Assembly: GCA_965227295.1 (NCBI GenBank)
Contig: OZ245742.1
Coordinates: 1,760,001 to 1,824,000 of the forward strand
DNA from: Leptonemataceae bacterium
GTDB lineage: Bacteria; Spirochaetota; Leptospiria; Leptospirales; Leptonemataceae
Length of the DNA: 64,000 bases
Direction: 5' to 3'
The notes beneath the pieces are model-generated. The model searched no databases. It was given only the letters and a program-made list of their open reading frames with translations, and was not told the DNA's origin. A program made the translations under genes and the position numbers. Positions 38,140 through 47,748 of this stretch are shown piece by piece. How positions within the stretch are numbered: position 1 is the first letter of the stretch; each line of letters starts with the position of its first letter.

Positions 38140-39555
38140 TCAAACCGCAACAGCGATGCGGTGCCGTGCGCGTTTGCGGACGGCATCGAAATCGCGCGCG
38201 TAGTCGGGGAAATCATACGTGGCACGTTCCGCGTCTCCGCGATAGTAGGTCACCCAGCCGTCCGTATTCAGGCCGGCCCCGGGATCCCAGGCGGTTTTTT
38301 CTTTTTGCGTAACCGGCGTTTTCTGAACGTTACGCCACTCGCCGTCCACACGGACACCGTACATCTTCATGCTCCAGCTCATCGTGTCGCGGTTGAGCTT
38401 CTGCAGCAGGCCGCCGCCCATACCCACGACCAGGTTCTGCGGGCTGAAGCCGGCCTCGACCACGGCCCCGTACAACCGACGGATCTTGTCGTAGTCCATG
38501 CCGTCACCCTGAATGACGTTTACGCCGTCGAGGACCTTGTAGCCCTTTGCGTTCGTGTTTACGCCCCAGGTTTGTTCGAGACCGCGCAACGCGTAGAGCA
38601 CCATCTCCACGGGATCGCCGCTGTCCGGCCGGACCACGGGCGTGACGTTGTGTTTGCGGGCGAGCGCCTGGATTTCCGGATCGCCCCAGCCCTCGTCGAC
38701 CATGCGTTTGTAATCGTAGCTGTCGCTGACGAAGGCGAGCAGCGGATTCTCCGGACCGTAGGTTTCGAGCATGTGTTTGAGCGCCGCTTTCTCGGCGGCC
38801 AGGCCTTCGCCCCAGGCCGTCACGGTGCTGTGCTCCGCGGCCGGGATGCTCGCGGCCAGTTCGTCCGGCGCGGCGTTGTAGAGTTCCACGCCGCGACGCA
38901 CGCCTTCCATAGTATCTGTTCCGCGAAAGTTAATGAGATGCGCCAGGCCGCCGTTCGCGGCACTCAGTCCGCTGGTGGCACCGCGGGCGCCGAAGTCGTG
39001 CAGACGATAGTCCAGCGTCCAGTAGTCATCCGCCTCGACCGTATCCGCGTACAGATCTTCCAGAAACGCGCGCACGTTGCGGCTGTTCGTCGCCACGGTG
39101 CTCCCGTACCATACGTCGCGCTGTAGCGCCGTTTCGAGGAAACCCGGCAAGAACAGAAAGTCCGGGCGCAGGCACTCAACAATCAACAGCGGCTCGTTGT
39201 AGCGATCCGTGACGGTTCCCTCGGGAACGCCGTAGATGTTGATCGGATACTTATAGTTTTTCCCGTGCAGTTCGACGAGATTTTCGAACGGCGCAAAGGG
39301 AAACGGATACGGCGTGCCGCCGACGTTGAAGTGATCCCAGATGGCCCGGGCTTCTTGAATGTCGTCGCGGGTGAGCACGTTATCCAGGTAGTCGTGGATG
39401 AACGCGGTTACGCCGAAGAAGAGGAACTCCCGTAGTTCGGGAGCGATGGGTTTGCGCGGTGCCAGGTAGTATCGTGCGGCATCGGCATTCGGTGGGAAGA
39501 GACGGCTGTGGCTGCCCTTGTAGGCGTCCGTCGCCAACAAAAGATTCGGTTTCAT
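38140..39555 (-). CDS. nadV: Nicotinamide phosphoribosyltransferase
   Basis: TDAYKGSH, LHDFGARG, SIPAAEHSTVTAWG, VSDSYD, VRPDSGDP, IQGDG, GMGGGLLQKLNRDT. Confidence 0.9.
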   Translation of the reverse strand: MKPNLLLATDAYKGSHSRLFPPNADAARYYLAPRKPIAPELREFLFFGVTAFIHDYLDNVLTRDDIQEARAIWDHFNVGGTPYPFPFAPFENLVELHGKNYKYPINIYGVPEGTVTDRYNEPLLIVECLRPDFLFLPGFLETALQRDVWYGSTVATNSRNVRAFLEDLYADTVEADDYWTLDYRLHDFGARGATSGLSAANGGLAHLINFRGTDTMEGVRRGVELYNAAPDELAASIPAAEHSTVTAWGEGLAAEKAALKHMLETYGPENPLLAFVSDSYDYKRMVDEGWGDPEIQALARKHNVTPVVRPDSGDPVEMVLYALRGLEQTWGVNTNAKGYKVLDGVNVIQGDGMDYDKIRRLYGAVVEAGFSPQNLVVGMGGGLLQKLNRDTMSWSMKMYGVRVDGEWRNVQKTPVTQKEKTAWDPGAGLNTDGWVTYYRGDAERATYDFPDYARDFDAVRKRARHRIAVAV

Positions 39556-39773
39556 GGGGTTACCCCTTTAACTAAGTTTGAGAGTTTCAGGCGGAACTCA
39601 CAACCGACCCGTGAGGGATCTACTGTTAAGATCGGAACACAGGCGCGCAGCGTCAAGGGATATGCGGGAAAAATTTACCGCCAACGCGCGCTTTAAGCAG
39701 TGCGCACTTTTTTGGGATGATAGAATATTTTTTTTGTACGCGGTGGATTAATTTTTCGCGAAGCTTCCAGGAA

Positions 39774-40766
39774 TCAGGTCCTCCGGGAGGACTCGCTCAC
39801 GTGTCTTTCGATTGCCAGCGCATCCACCGATCCCAATCCCGCCAGCGGCACGCGTACATCTTCGTCGTCGGACGTACGGATCATTAAGAGCGGCAGTCCG
39901 CCGTAGGCATCGAAGCTGTACGAAACGTTCTGAATCTCCGCGCGCGTAATCTCGCCCACGGCATACAACGCCCCGTCCTGCTCGCGCCGCCCGAAAGACA
40001 GCTCCTCGCGGCCGAGCAGTAACATGCGCTCCTTGAATGTTAACGAGAAAGCGGCATACACCAGAAAAGCGGCGAACAGAATGCCCGGCGTCCAGAAGTA
40101 GGGCGCCGTGGCTTCGAATTCCAGCAACGCCCCGGCCGCGATGGAGGCTATGCCCAGAAACAACAGCACGATCCAGGTCAGCGCGCGATTCGAAATGCGG
40201 TCGCGCCAGATCAACACCGTCTCGCCTTCGGATGTCCGCTCCGTTTTATACGAAGGCTCCGCAGAAACCGGCTCGGCCGGCCCCGCGTTTTCGTGCGCGA
40301 ACGCCTGCAAGCGTTCCGCCATGCCTTCGGCCAGGCCGCGCCGATTGCACTGAATCACGTCGAACAATGCGCCGTTTTTGCGCTTCAGCGCCACCATGAC
40401 CCGCCCGCGACCGCGAAAGCGCAGCGACGTCGTTTCGATCTCTGCGAAGGGAACCGCGGCGGCCGGCTCATTGTCCCCGGCGCGCACGTAAATGTTCACG
40501 CGCTTTTGCGCGGCATCGAAGACGATCTTTGCGGGGAGCAGACTCATCTGCACGCGATGCAACATGGCTCCGCCGGCGAACACCAGGCCGAGGCCTGTCA
40601 GACTGAGCGTGAGCGACAGACTGCGCTCGAAGTAGAGATGTGCCACCGGTCCGCCGGCAATCGCCGCGAGGGCGGAGGCGAGCAGGACGTAGAAGAACAG
40701 TGAGAGCGATCGATCGCGCGTGAAGATGATGTGTTCGTCGGTGTTGTGGTGTAAGCTGAAGGACAT
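39774..40766 (-). CDS. Hypothetical membrane protein (two TM-hairpin plus soluble-domain repeats)
   Basis: 330-aa ORF with two pairs of TM helices, each followed by a soluble region. Confidence 0.7.
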   Translation of the reverse strand: MSFSLHHNTDEHIIFTRDRSLSLFFYVLLASALAAIAGGPVAHLYFERSLSLTLSLTGLGLVFAGGAMLHRVQMSLLPAKIVFDAAQKRVNIYVRAGDNEPAAAVPFAEIETTSLRFRGRGRVMVALKRKNGALFDVIQCNRRGLAEGMAERLQAFAHENAGPAEPVSAEPSYKTERTSEGETVLIWRDRISNRALTWIVLLFLGIASIAAGALLEFEATAPYFWTPGILFAAFLVYAAFSLTFKERMLLLGREELSFGRREQDGALYAVGEITRAEIQNVSYSFDAYGGLPLLMIRTSDDEDVRVPLAGLGSVDALAIERHVSESSRRT

Positions 40767-40923
40767 GTGTAAGATGATGCCGCGCGGTGTTCAATACGTT
40801 ACGGATACAACCGCGCCGGGCTATGCAACGATGAGGGTATCGCAGAGTAAATGAGATTTCAGAAATTCGTGTCGATAATTTCGGATGCGCGCCGGAGCTG
40901 AGTCAGAAACCGACGCCCGGGTA

Positions 40924-41172
40924 GTTCGCACACGCCCCGAATCGTGGAGTAAGTAGCGGCCAGTGTACATTAAGCCTTTTATGGGTACGGCTGGTTCCAG
41001 GGGCAAGGCCACGCTTGTCGTGGCCGCGGCAGTTGTTCCCCACCCACGGAGATTGTGCCGGGGAAATGTGGGGCGCGCACCGGAACGGCGTCTTCTTCGC
41101 AGAGATCCATTAAGCGAATCCGCACCCCGGAGCCCCGCTCTATCCGCGGGGCGGAGCGGGTGCGGATTCGCG
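40924..41172 (+). repeat. Structured intergenic repeat, family B copy 2 (partial third copy 41377-41415)
   Basis: Aligns with 32325-32535; flanked by 27-bp imperfect direct repeats at 40896-40922 and 41175-41201. Confidence 0.88.
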
Positions 41173-41498
41173 ATAGCTGAGTCACAAACCGACGTCCGGG
41201 TCGAAGCGGACCATCTTAACAAAACGAAAATCCACAACTCCCGCAAAGCCGTAGCCGTAACAACCCCTTCACCATTCAGCGACTCACTTCATGTTTCTCA
41301 CGGCAACCGTTACGAACCGCAGCTCTTGACAGACAGGAAATGTCAGGTTTTTTCGCGCACGCCCCACTCCCTGAGTTAAGTAGCGGTCAGTGTCAATTAA
41401 GCCGTGAATGGGTACAGAACTGATGCGACGGACATGCTCGTCATCGATCCCGCGAGCGGCACGGCGACGCGTTCGCCGTACATCAACAAGTTGTGATC

Positions 41499-42110
41499 TT
41501 ACTGCTTCTTCCCCGGCACCGGCCAGCCCAGACGTTCCAGGACTAACTTAATATCGTGCCACACTTCGCGTTTCGCGGAATTGCCCGAGCTTTCCTGGCG
41601 CAGCACGTAACTGGGATGGAACGTGGGCATCACCGGAATGCCGCGAAACTCGGCCCACCTGCCGCGCATACGCGTGATGCCCGTATGTGTATCGAGAAGG
41701 AACTTCGTCGACGGGCCGCCGAGGGTAATGATGACCTTCGGTTGAATGAGATCGATCTGCCGCAAAAGATACGGTGAGCACGCGTCCGTTTCGTCCGTCT
41801 CCGGCGGTCGGTCGCGCTGAAACTTGAGGTCCACGGTGGGCCGGCACTTGACGATGTTTGCGATGTAGACCTCGGTGCGCGGAACGCCCATGCCCTTTTC
41901 AATGATGTCCGTGAGCAACTGTCCGGCGCGCCCGACGAACGGTCGGCCGCTGAGATCTTCCTGTTTGCCCGGGCCTTCGCCGATGAACATGACCTCGGCT
42001 TGCGGATTGCCCTCGCCGAAGACGGTGCGCGTACGGGTGGTTGCGAGGCGACACGACTCGCAGGTACTCACCACACGTTCCAGATTACGCAGTTCTTCGG
42101 CGGCGTTCAT
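41499..42110 (-). CDS. Uracil-DNA glycosylase, family 4 (Fe-S)
   Basis: C..C.L...R...[37 protein letters not shown]. Confidence 0.95.
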   Translation of the reverse strand: MNAAEELRNLERVVSTCESCRLATTRTRTVFGEGNPQAEVMFIGEGPGKQEDLSGRPFVGRAGQLLTDIIEKGMGVPRTEVYIANIVKCRPTVDLKFQRDRPPETDETDACSPYLLRQIDLIQPKVIITLGGPSTKFLLDTHTGITRMRGRWAEFRGIPVMPTFHPSYVLRQESSGNSAKREVWHDIKLVLERLGWPVPGKKQ

Positions 42111-42127
42111 GCTTCCGGGCGCGACGA

Positions 42128-44125
42128 TCAGGCATCGGTGAAGCCGATGAAGTCGCGATAGATCTTAACCGCTTCGCCGAGTTCGTTTACGAGATGGACC
42201 GACTGCAACAGCTTCGGTGCCACCATGCCTTTCTCCGCCGCGGATTTGAGAAAGTCGAGTATGGGCCGCCAGTAATCGGCGTCCATAAAAATATACGGCG
42301 CGTTGTGATGTACACCTAACTTGAGATTGCACAACTCTATGCCCACTTCTTCCAGGGTGCCCACTCCGCCCGGAAAAAACACGGGAAATCGCGCAATCGA
42401 GAAGTTCTTCTGGCGAATGTGTCGGCAGTACTCGTCGAAGAACATGAATATGTTCGAGTGCTGGTTCAGCTTTTGCGGCTTCTCGGCGAAGTCCGTGGAG
42501 AGCGAGCTGCTGGCCGAAAGGATGCCGGCTTCCAGGGCGGAGCGGTTGATCACTTCCATTAACTTCGGTCCGCCGCCGGTTACCACGCCGATTTCGCCGA
42601 AGAGTTCGCGCAGATCGTTAAAGAATTCCGGGAGCTGTTCTTCGAGGCCGCCGGGCACGTTCGCCGAACTGCCGTAACAGGCGAAGAACGTCGCGGCGTG
42701 AAAGCGCTGGGCCAGGTCCTCGTGCATGAAGAATCCGCAATCGTCCCGCATGAAGTAGTGCGCCGGTTCCGCGTCCTGGCGCAACCAAACGGGTTGGATG
42801 CCCAGATGATGAAAGTATTTCAGGCGCGAGACGTCGAATTCGGAGAAGAACGGATCGTTGCGCTGGGACGCTCGTCGGAACAGGATCGCGCGGATGTTGT
42901 CGCGGCAGGTTTCGATCATCGAAGAAATATCCCAGCGGGGAAAGTAGTACGAAAGCAGGAAGCCGCTGGCGCGAATGTAGTCCTTCTGGATTTCTTCGAG
43001 GATGTCGTACTCCGGGCAGTCCGCGGCTTTCATGTCTCCGCGTTCGAAGCTCCGCACGGCGGCGTCGGAGATCGTGGTGTTTTTGATTTCGTCGAGTTTT
43101 TCCAGCTCTTCGGCGTCCACGAGAAAGGCCGAGTGTTTCACGAGTTTGCCGTTGGCCAGGCTGTTGCCCGCGAGCGTTTCGTCCATGCGTTCGGCGAGTT
43201 GCATCTTCGGTGCGAGCAGTTCCGATAATCGAATGGTCGCCGGGATCTGCACCGAGCAGCGCCGCCGTTCCGGGCGATAGATGCCGATGGCCACGCCGTC
43301 GAAGACGATCTCCCGATCGCTTAAGTTAAACACTTCGATCATTTGTTTGGTGTTCTGTCCGTAGCTCAGCGGATCGAACAGCCGCGCGCTGGCGTGGCGG
43401 AGTTCAGGGACGATTTCGTTTTTGTACGTGAGGCCTTCGATGTAGGCGAAGTGTTCGCGCACGCGGAAGAGCGGAAGCTGCGAAAGGATCCAGCCGCGCG
43501 GCGGAATCTTAAGCGGCAGATCGCGGGGAATGCGCTGGCGAAAGAAGTCCAGGTCCTGGCGCGTGCCCTGGGAGAGCAGGTACCGGATTTGATCGCGGTT
43601 CGGCGGATCGTGGCGATGGTACTCGTACTCCACGTGGTCGGCCGGAATGATGATGCTGTGATCCGGTCCCTGGGCGAGTTCACTGACTTCAATTAACGGT
43701 TGGCCGGAGGAGTATACGTTTTGTAGGACCTGTTCGTAGTGCAGGCGCCGGCTGCGCGATAGTACGAACAGTTTTCCGAGGCGTGCCTTTTCGTGACGTT
43801 CCCTTTCGTGGCTGCCGACCACGAAGTCCAGCACGCGCGGGGCGACGCCGTTGTCCTTCGCGTACGAAAGTGTGAGCGTGCATTCCAGGCGATGCGTCGT
43901 ACCCAGCGGTCGTTCCAGGTTCGTCAGCTCACTGTCCAGACCGAGCTGGCAGAGCCGGCTGCGCATGATGAAGTCGGTGGGGTTTTCGTACATCTCGCTC
44001 AAGAATCGCTGCGAGATGTTTTCAAAAACGACAACGGCCTGAAGAGCGTCGCCCTTGTTCGAGACGGCCCAGACAAAACCGTCGTCCGTCATCATATTGT
44101 CGTACGGATAGATGGCGCTGCGCAT
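42128..44125 (-). CDS. Large LOG/SLOG-family protein (~665 aa) with putative degenerate dCTP-deaminase/dUTPase-like internal domain
   Basis: C-terminal YGSS...[10 protein letters not shown]...RQ...[11 protein letters not shown]. Start taken at ATG 44125 because the longer ORF overlaps vapC. Confidence 0.8.
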   Translation of the reverse strand: MRSAIYPYDNMMTDDGFVWAVSNKGDALQAVVVFENISQRFLSEMYENPTDFIMRSRLCQLGLDSELTNLERPLGTTHRLECTLTLSYAKDNGVAPRVLDFVVGSHERERHEKARLGKLFVLSRSRRLHYEQVLQNVYSSGQPLIEVSELAQGPDHSIIIPADHVEYEYHRHDPPNRDQIRYLLSQGTRQDLDFFRQRIPRDLPLKIPPRGWILSQLPLFRVREHFAYIEGLTYKNEIVPELRHASARLFDPLSYGQNTKQMIEVFNLSDREIVFDGVAIGIYRPERRRCSVQIPATIRLSELLAPKMQLAERMDETLAGNSLANGKLVKHSAFLVDAEELEKLDEIKNTTISDAAVRSFERGDMKAADCPEYDILEEIQKDYIRASGFLLSYYFPRWDISSMIETCRDNIRAILFRRASQRNDPFFSEFDVSRLKYFHHLGIQPVWLRQDAEPAHYFMRDDCGFFMHEDLAQRFHAATFFACYGSSANVPGGLEEQLPEFFNDLRELFGEIGVVTGGGPKLMEVINRSALEAGILSASSSLSTDFAEKPQKLNQHSNIFMFFDEYCRHIRQKNFSIARFPVFFPGGVGTLEEVGIELCNLKLGVHHNAPYIFMDADYWRPILDFLKSAAEKGMVAPKLLQSVHLVNELGEAVKIYRDFIGFTDA

Positions 44126-44181
44126 AGGACGGTCAGGATGATGCTTGCAGGGCCGGTTGTCGAGGACGATCGACGCGCTCG

Positions 44182-44571
44182 TTAGACTGCGCGGACGCGG
44201 TACTTCTTGAACGCGGGGTCCGCGGTAATCAGGCGCAGTTTTTCCGAGAGCGCCTGCGCCGCGAGCAAACGATCGAACGGATCGCGGTGATGATTCGGAA
44301 GTTCGCCCAGTCGCCACAGATGTTCGATGCGCACGGGAAGGTAGCCGGCCCGTAGACCCAACATGCCGCGTTCCACGGCGCTCTTCAGTCCGTTTGTAAA
44401 CTGCAGGCGCCCGAGGCCGGTCTTGATGACCAGTTCCCACAGCGAGACGTGGCTGAAGTACAGCAGGGCTTCCGGATTCTCCAGGATTTTGCGCTGTTTT
44501 GCCGAAAGCCGGTCCGGGTCCTGCAAGGCCCACAGGAAGATGTGCGTATCGAGGAGATACTGCGTCTCCAT
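44182..44571 (-). CDS. vapC: PIN-domain toxin, VapC family
   Basis: YLLDTHIFLW, S.VSLWEL.IK, HHRDPFDRLLAAQA, LITAD. Confidence 0.95.
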   Translation of the reverse strand: METQYLLDTHIFLWALQDPDRLSAKQRKILENPEALLYFSHVSLWELVIKTGLGRLQFTNGLKSAVERGMLGLRAGYLPVRIEHLWRLGELPNHHRDPFDRLLAAQALSEKLRLITADPAFKKYRVRAV

Positions 44572-44576
44572 GGCGG

Positions 44577-44837
44577 TCAGCCCTTGCCCGAAGGTCCGAA
44601 AGCGTCCAGAATGTCGTCCGGCAGCGGGGCGTCGAAATCCGGGCTCACCTGGATTTCATCTTTTAAGAAGCCCAGGGACCGGCGTTTGTCGAAGGAGTCC
44701 GTTAAAACGGGGACCAGCCGGACCAGGGGCCGCCCGGCCTTCGCGATGACGATGTTCTCCCCGTCCAGAGCGCGCTGGATGAGCCGCGAGAGATGCGTCT
44801 TGGCATCGTGGATGTTGACGTGGGCGATAGCGACCAT
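44577..44837 (-). CDS. Phd/YefM-family antitoxin
   Basis: VNIHDAKTHLSRLI..A..GE..VIAKAGRPLVRL, DFDAPLP. Confidence 0.93.
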   Translation of the reverse strand: MVAIAHVNIHDAKTHLSRLIQRALDGENIVIAKAGRPLVRLVPVLTDSFDKRRSLGFLKDEIQVSPDFDAPLPDDILDAFGPSGKG

Positions 44838-44845
44838 TGCTTAGC

Positions 44846-44862
44846 TTAGTTTTATGGACTAA
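44846..44862. promoter_or_regulatory. Possible TA autoregulatory operator
   Basis: TTAGT-N7-ACTAA inverted repeat in an AT-rich patch immediately upstream of the antitoxin ATG. Confidence 0.4.
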
Positions 44863-44990
44863 ATCATGCAAGCACTTTTCCCGGCGCGCTGCTTTTTGCG
44901 TGCCGGGGGGCCGTCTTCGGGACGCGCCGGAAATTCTTGACCCGCCCGGCGCACTGCGGTTTTTGCGAAGCAGGGTTCGCCTTTACTACT

Positions 44991-46925
44991 ATGGAAAAAG
45001 AATCGCTCTATCATCTCGTCCGGGACACCGTCGCCACCTTCGCCGAGCGCCCGGTCTACTGGGTCAAACCGGACACCGAAAGCTACGCCGCCGTCAGTTT
45101 CTTCAACTGGCGCGCCGACATGAAACGCTTCCAGGCCTATCTGCTCTACCGGCTGGATGTGAAGCACGGGGAGCGCATTGCGCTGCTCTGCGACAACCGC
45201 TACGAATGGAACCTCATTTGCCTGGGGATCGATACGATCGGCGCCGTCGACGTTCCCCGCGGCTGCGACGCCACGCCCCAGGACATCACGTACATTCTCA
45301 ATCATACCGAGTGCAACATCGTGGTCGTGGAGCATCAAAAGATGCTCCTGCAGATCGCGGATCTCCTGCCGCAACTGCCGCACGTGAAGCATATCATCGT
45401 CATCGATCCGCCGGCGAAGATCAAGAAGATCGACCAGATCACGCCGAAGCTCGGTAAGGTGAAGTTGCATTACTTTATCGATTGCGTTACCATCGGCGAG
45501 GAATTGCTGGAGCAACACGGCGAGGGATTGCTGAAGAAACGCGGCGAGGCCGTCCGGCCCCACGATCTTGCGACGATCATTTACACCTCGGGCACCACCG
45601 GTTCGCCGAAGGGGGTGATGCTGGAACACCGCAGCTTTTGCTGGGAGGTTTCGCAAATCCAGCACACGGTCCCGCTTTCGGAGCGCGATCGCGTGGTCAT
45701 CTTCCTGCCGCCGTGGCACATCGCCGAGCGCATGCTCGAAGTTACGCTCATGGCCTGCGGTTCGAGCATGGCGCCTTCGAACGTCATCTCTCTCGCGAAC
45801 GATCTGGCCGCGGTGAAGCCCACGGCCCTGGTCTCGGTACCGCGGGTCTGGGAGGGTCTGCACAAACGTGTCTTCGATAACGTGCGCAAGCAGCCGGAAA
45901 AAACGCAAAAGATCTTTCGCTTCGCCCTTAACGTGGCGCTGACCTACACGGACATCGTCGACAACATCCTCGATCGTTTCGCCGCCGTGGAAGAAGAGAA
46001 GACCCTGGATCGTCTGGCCCGTAAGGGCATTTCGATCGCGTTGTTGCCGGGGTTCGCCATCCTGAACGTCGTGGCCAAAATCATTCTCGGCAAGGTTCGT
46101 AACATTCTCGGAGGGAAAGTTAAGTTCGCCATCAGCGGCGCCGGGGCGCTCCCGGAAAACGTGGCGACTTTCTTTCGTGCGGTGGGCATTCCCATCCTGG
46201 ACGGCTACGGCATGACCGAAACCACCGGCGTCGCCGTACTCGGGGATCTACCCTGGCCGAAGCGCGGTTGCGTGGGCAAACCGTTGCCGGGCGTGCAGAT
46301 CCAACTGCGCGACGACACGGGTAAGGTGATCAGTCGTCCCGGAGTCAAAGGCACGCTCTGGCACAAGGGCCCGCACGTCATGCGGGGCTATTACAAACAA
46401 CAGGATAAAACCGACGAGGTCTTACAGGACGGCTGGCTGAACTCCGGCGACGTCTTCATGTGGACCGTCGAAAACGAACTCAAGTTCGCCGGTCGCGCCA
46501 AGGACACCATCGTCCTGGCGGGCGGCGAGAACGTCGAGCCCGGCCCCATCGAGATGAAACTCCAGGAGAGCGACTTCATCAATCAGGCCGTGGTCGTGGG
46601 CCAGGACGAAAAGACCCTGGGCGCGCTCATCGTTCCGAACTGGGATTTTGCCCGGCCGCGGCTGGAAGAGGCGGGCATTGCGCCGCCGGAAGATCCTGCT
46701 GCCTGGCACGAAGACCGCAAAGTTCATAGCTTCTTTCAAAAGATAGTTAAGGAACAGGTGTCCGGCGCGACGGGCTTCAAGGCCTTCGAACGCGTCACGG
46801 GCTTTCACATCATGCACAAAGAGTTCGAGAAAGGCAAAGAGATGACCGAGACCATGAAGATCAAACGCAACGTGGTTTTCGATCTTTACGAGTCGCAGAT
46901 TAAAGGCATTTATAAAGAAAAATGA
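44991..46925 (+). CDS. Long-chain fatty acid-CoA ligase (AMP-dependent)
   Basis: IYTSGTTGSPKGVML, GYGMTET, GWLNSGD, GRAKDTIVL.GGENVEP. Confidence 0.94.
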   Translation: MEKESLYHLVRDTVATFAERPVYWVKPDTESYAAVSFFNWRADMKRFQAYLLYRLDVKHGERIALLCDNRYEWNLICLGIDTIGAVDVPRGCDATPQDITYILNHTECNIVVVEHQKMLLQIADLLPQLPHVKHIIVIDPPAKIKKIDQITPKLGKVKLHYFIDCVTIGEELLEQHGEGLLKKRGEAVRPHDLATIIYTSGTTGSPKGVMLEHRSFCWEVSQIQHTVPLSERDRVVIFLPPWHIAERMLEVTLMACGSSMAPSNVISLANDLAAVKPTALVSVPRVWEGLHKRVFDNVRKQPEKTQKIFRFALNVALTYTDIVDNILDRFAAVEEEKTLDRLARKGISIALLPGFAILNVVAKIILGKVRNILGGKVKFAISGAGALPENVATFFRAVGIPILDGYGMTETTGVAVLGDLPWPKRGCVGKPLPGVQIQLRDDTGKVISRPGVKGTLWHKGPHVMRGYYKQQDKTDEVLQDGWLNSGDVFMWTVENELKFAGRAKDTIVLAGGENVEPGPIEMKLQESDFINQAVVVGQDEKTLGALIVPNWDFARPRLEEAGIAPPEDPAAWHEDRKVHSFFQKIVKEQVSGATGFKAFERVTGFHIMHKEFEKGKEMTETMKIKRNVVFDLYESQIKGIYKEK

Positions 46926-46944
46926 CGCGGTGTGAATGAATCTC

Positions 46945-47721
46945 CTAAAAACCGATGGCCATGCCCCCGTCCACGCGCAATGTCGCGCCCGTAATAAAGT
47001 TCGCGTCATCCGAAACTAAGAATCGTGCCGCGCGGGCGATTTCCCGCTGCGGGTCGGCCGCTTTCAAAACGATGCGCCCCTCCAATTCCGTGAGGACCTC
47101 ATCCGGCAGGCCGTCGACGAAGTCGTTGCGCACGAAGCCCGCCGCCAGGTGATTCACCGTGATGTTTCGGGGCGCGAGTTCCCGTGCCGCCGATTTCGTG
47201 AGCGCGCCCAGGCCGGCCTTGGAACTCGAGTAGTTGATCTGCCCCGCGTTGCCGTAGAACCCCGAGACCGAGCCGATGTTCAGAATTTTGCCGCGGCGGG
47301 CTTTCATCATGATTTTCGCCGCCGCCTGCACGCCGTAGAACGCGCCCTTCAGGTTCACGTCGATGACGCGTTCCCACGCCCCGGCCTTCATGCGAATCAA
47401 AAGGTCGTCGTCGCGGATGCCGGCGTTGTTGATCCATACGTCCAGGCTGCCCAGTTCCTCGCGGCAACGTTGAGCCAGGCTTTTGTTATCCTCGGCTTGC
47501 GTGACGTCGCAGTCCACCGCGATGTTTGTCGTTCCATAGCGTTCACTCAGTTCCCGCGCTGTTTTGCGGCTCTGCGCGTTGCGCTCCGGCAGATCACTGA
47601 CCGCAACGGCGCAACCTCGGGATGCCAGTTCTTCGGCTATGGCCCGGCCGATGCCCCGGGAAGATCCCGTAATCACCGCCGCCCGGCCGGAAAAATCGTG
47701 GAGAATATCTGACGTGCTCAT
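46945..47721 (-). CDS. FabG-like short-chain dehydrogenase
   Basis: TGSSRGIG, NNAGI, YSSSK, LRVDGG; GGAGG RBS before ATG 47721. Confidence 0.92.
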   Translation of the reverse strand: MSTSDILHDFSGRAAVITGSSRGIGRAIAEELASRGCAVAVSDLPERNAQSRKTARELSERYGTTNIAVDCDVTQAEDNKSLAQRCREELGSLDVWINNAGIRDDDLLIRMKAGAWERVIDVNLKGAFYGVQAAAKIMMKARRGKILNIGSVSGFYGNAGQINYSSSKAGLGALTKSAARELAPRNITVNHLAAGFVRNDFVDGLPDEVLTELEGRIVLKAADPQREIARAARFLVSDDANFITGATLRVDGGMAIGF

Positions 47722-47748
47722 ATAAAGCCCTCCGCTCCATGTGAAATA

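Noticed and set aside
37079-39555. Prophage-borne NAD reconstitution module
   Set aside because: No phage genes nearby and codon style resembles neighbours; retained only as a phylogenetic question
39556-39773. NrtR operator or riboswitch upstream of nadV
   Set aside because: No convincing palindrome or recognisable aptamer could be identified by eye
40821-41379. ORFs 40821-41246, 40963-41379 and 32150-32716 with mutually similar peptides
   Set aside because: Similarity comes from the non-coding family B repeat, not a protein family
44126-44533. 136-aa N-terminal extension of the 801-aa ORF
   Set aside because: Overlaps vapC in another frame and is low-complexity R/P/S text; ATG 44125 is the plausible start
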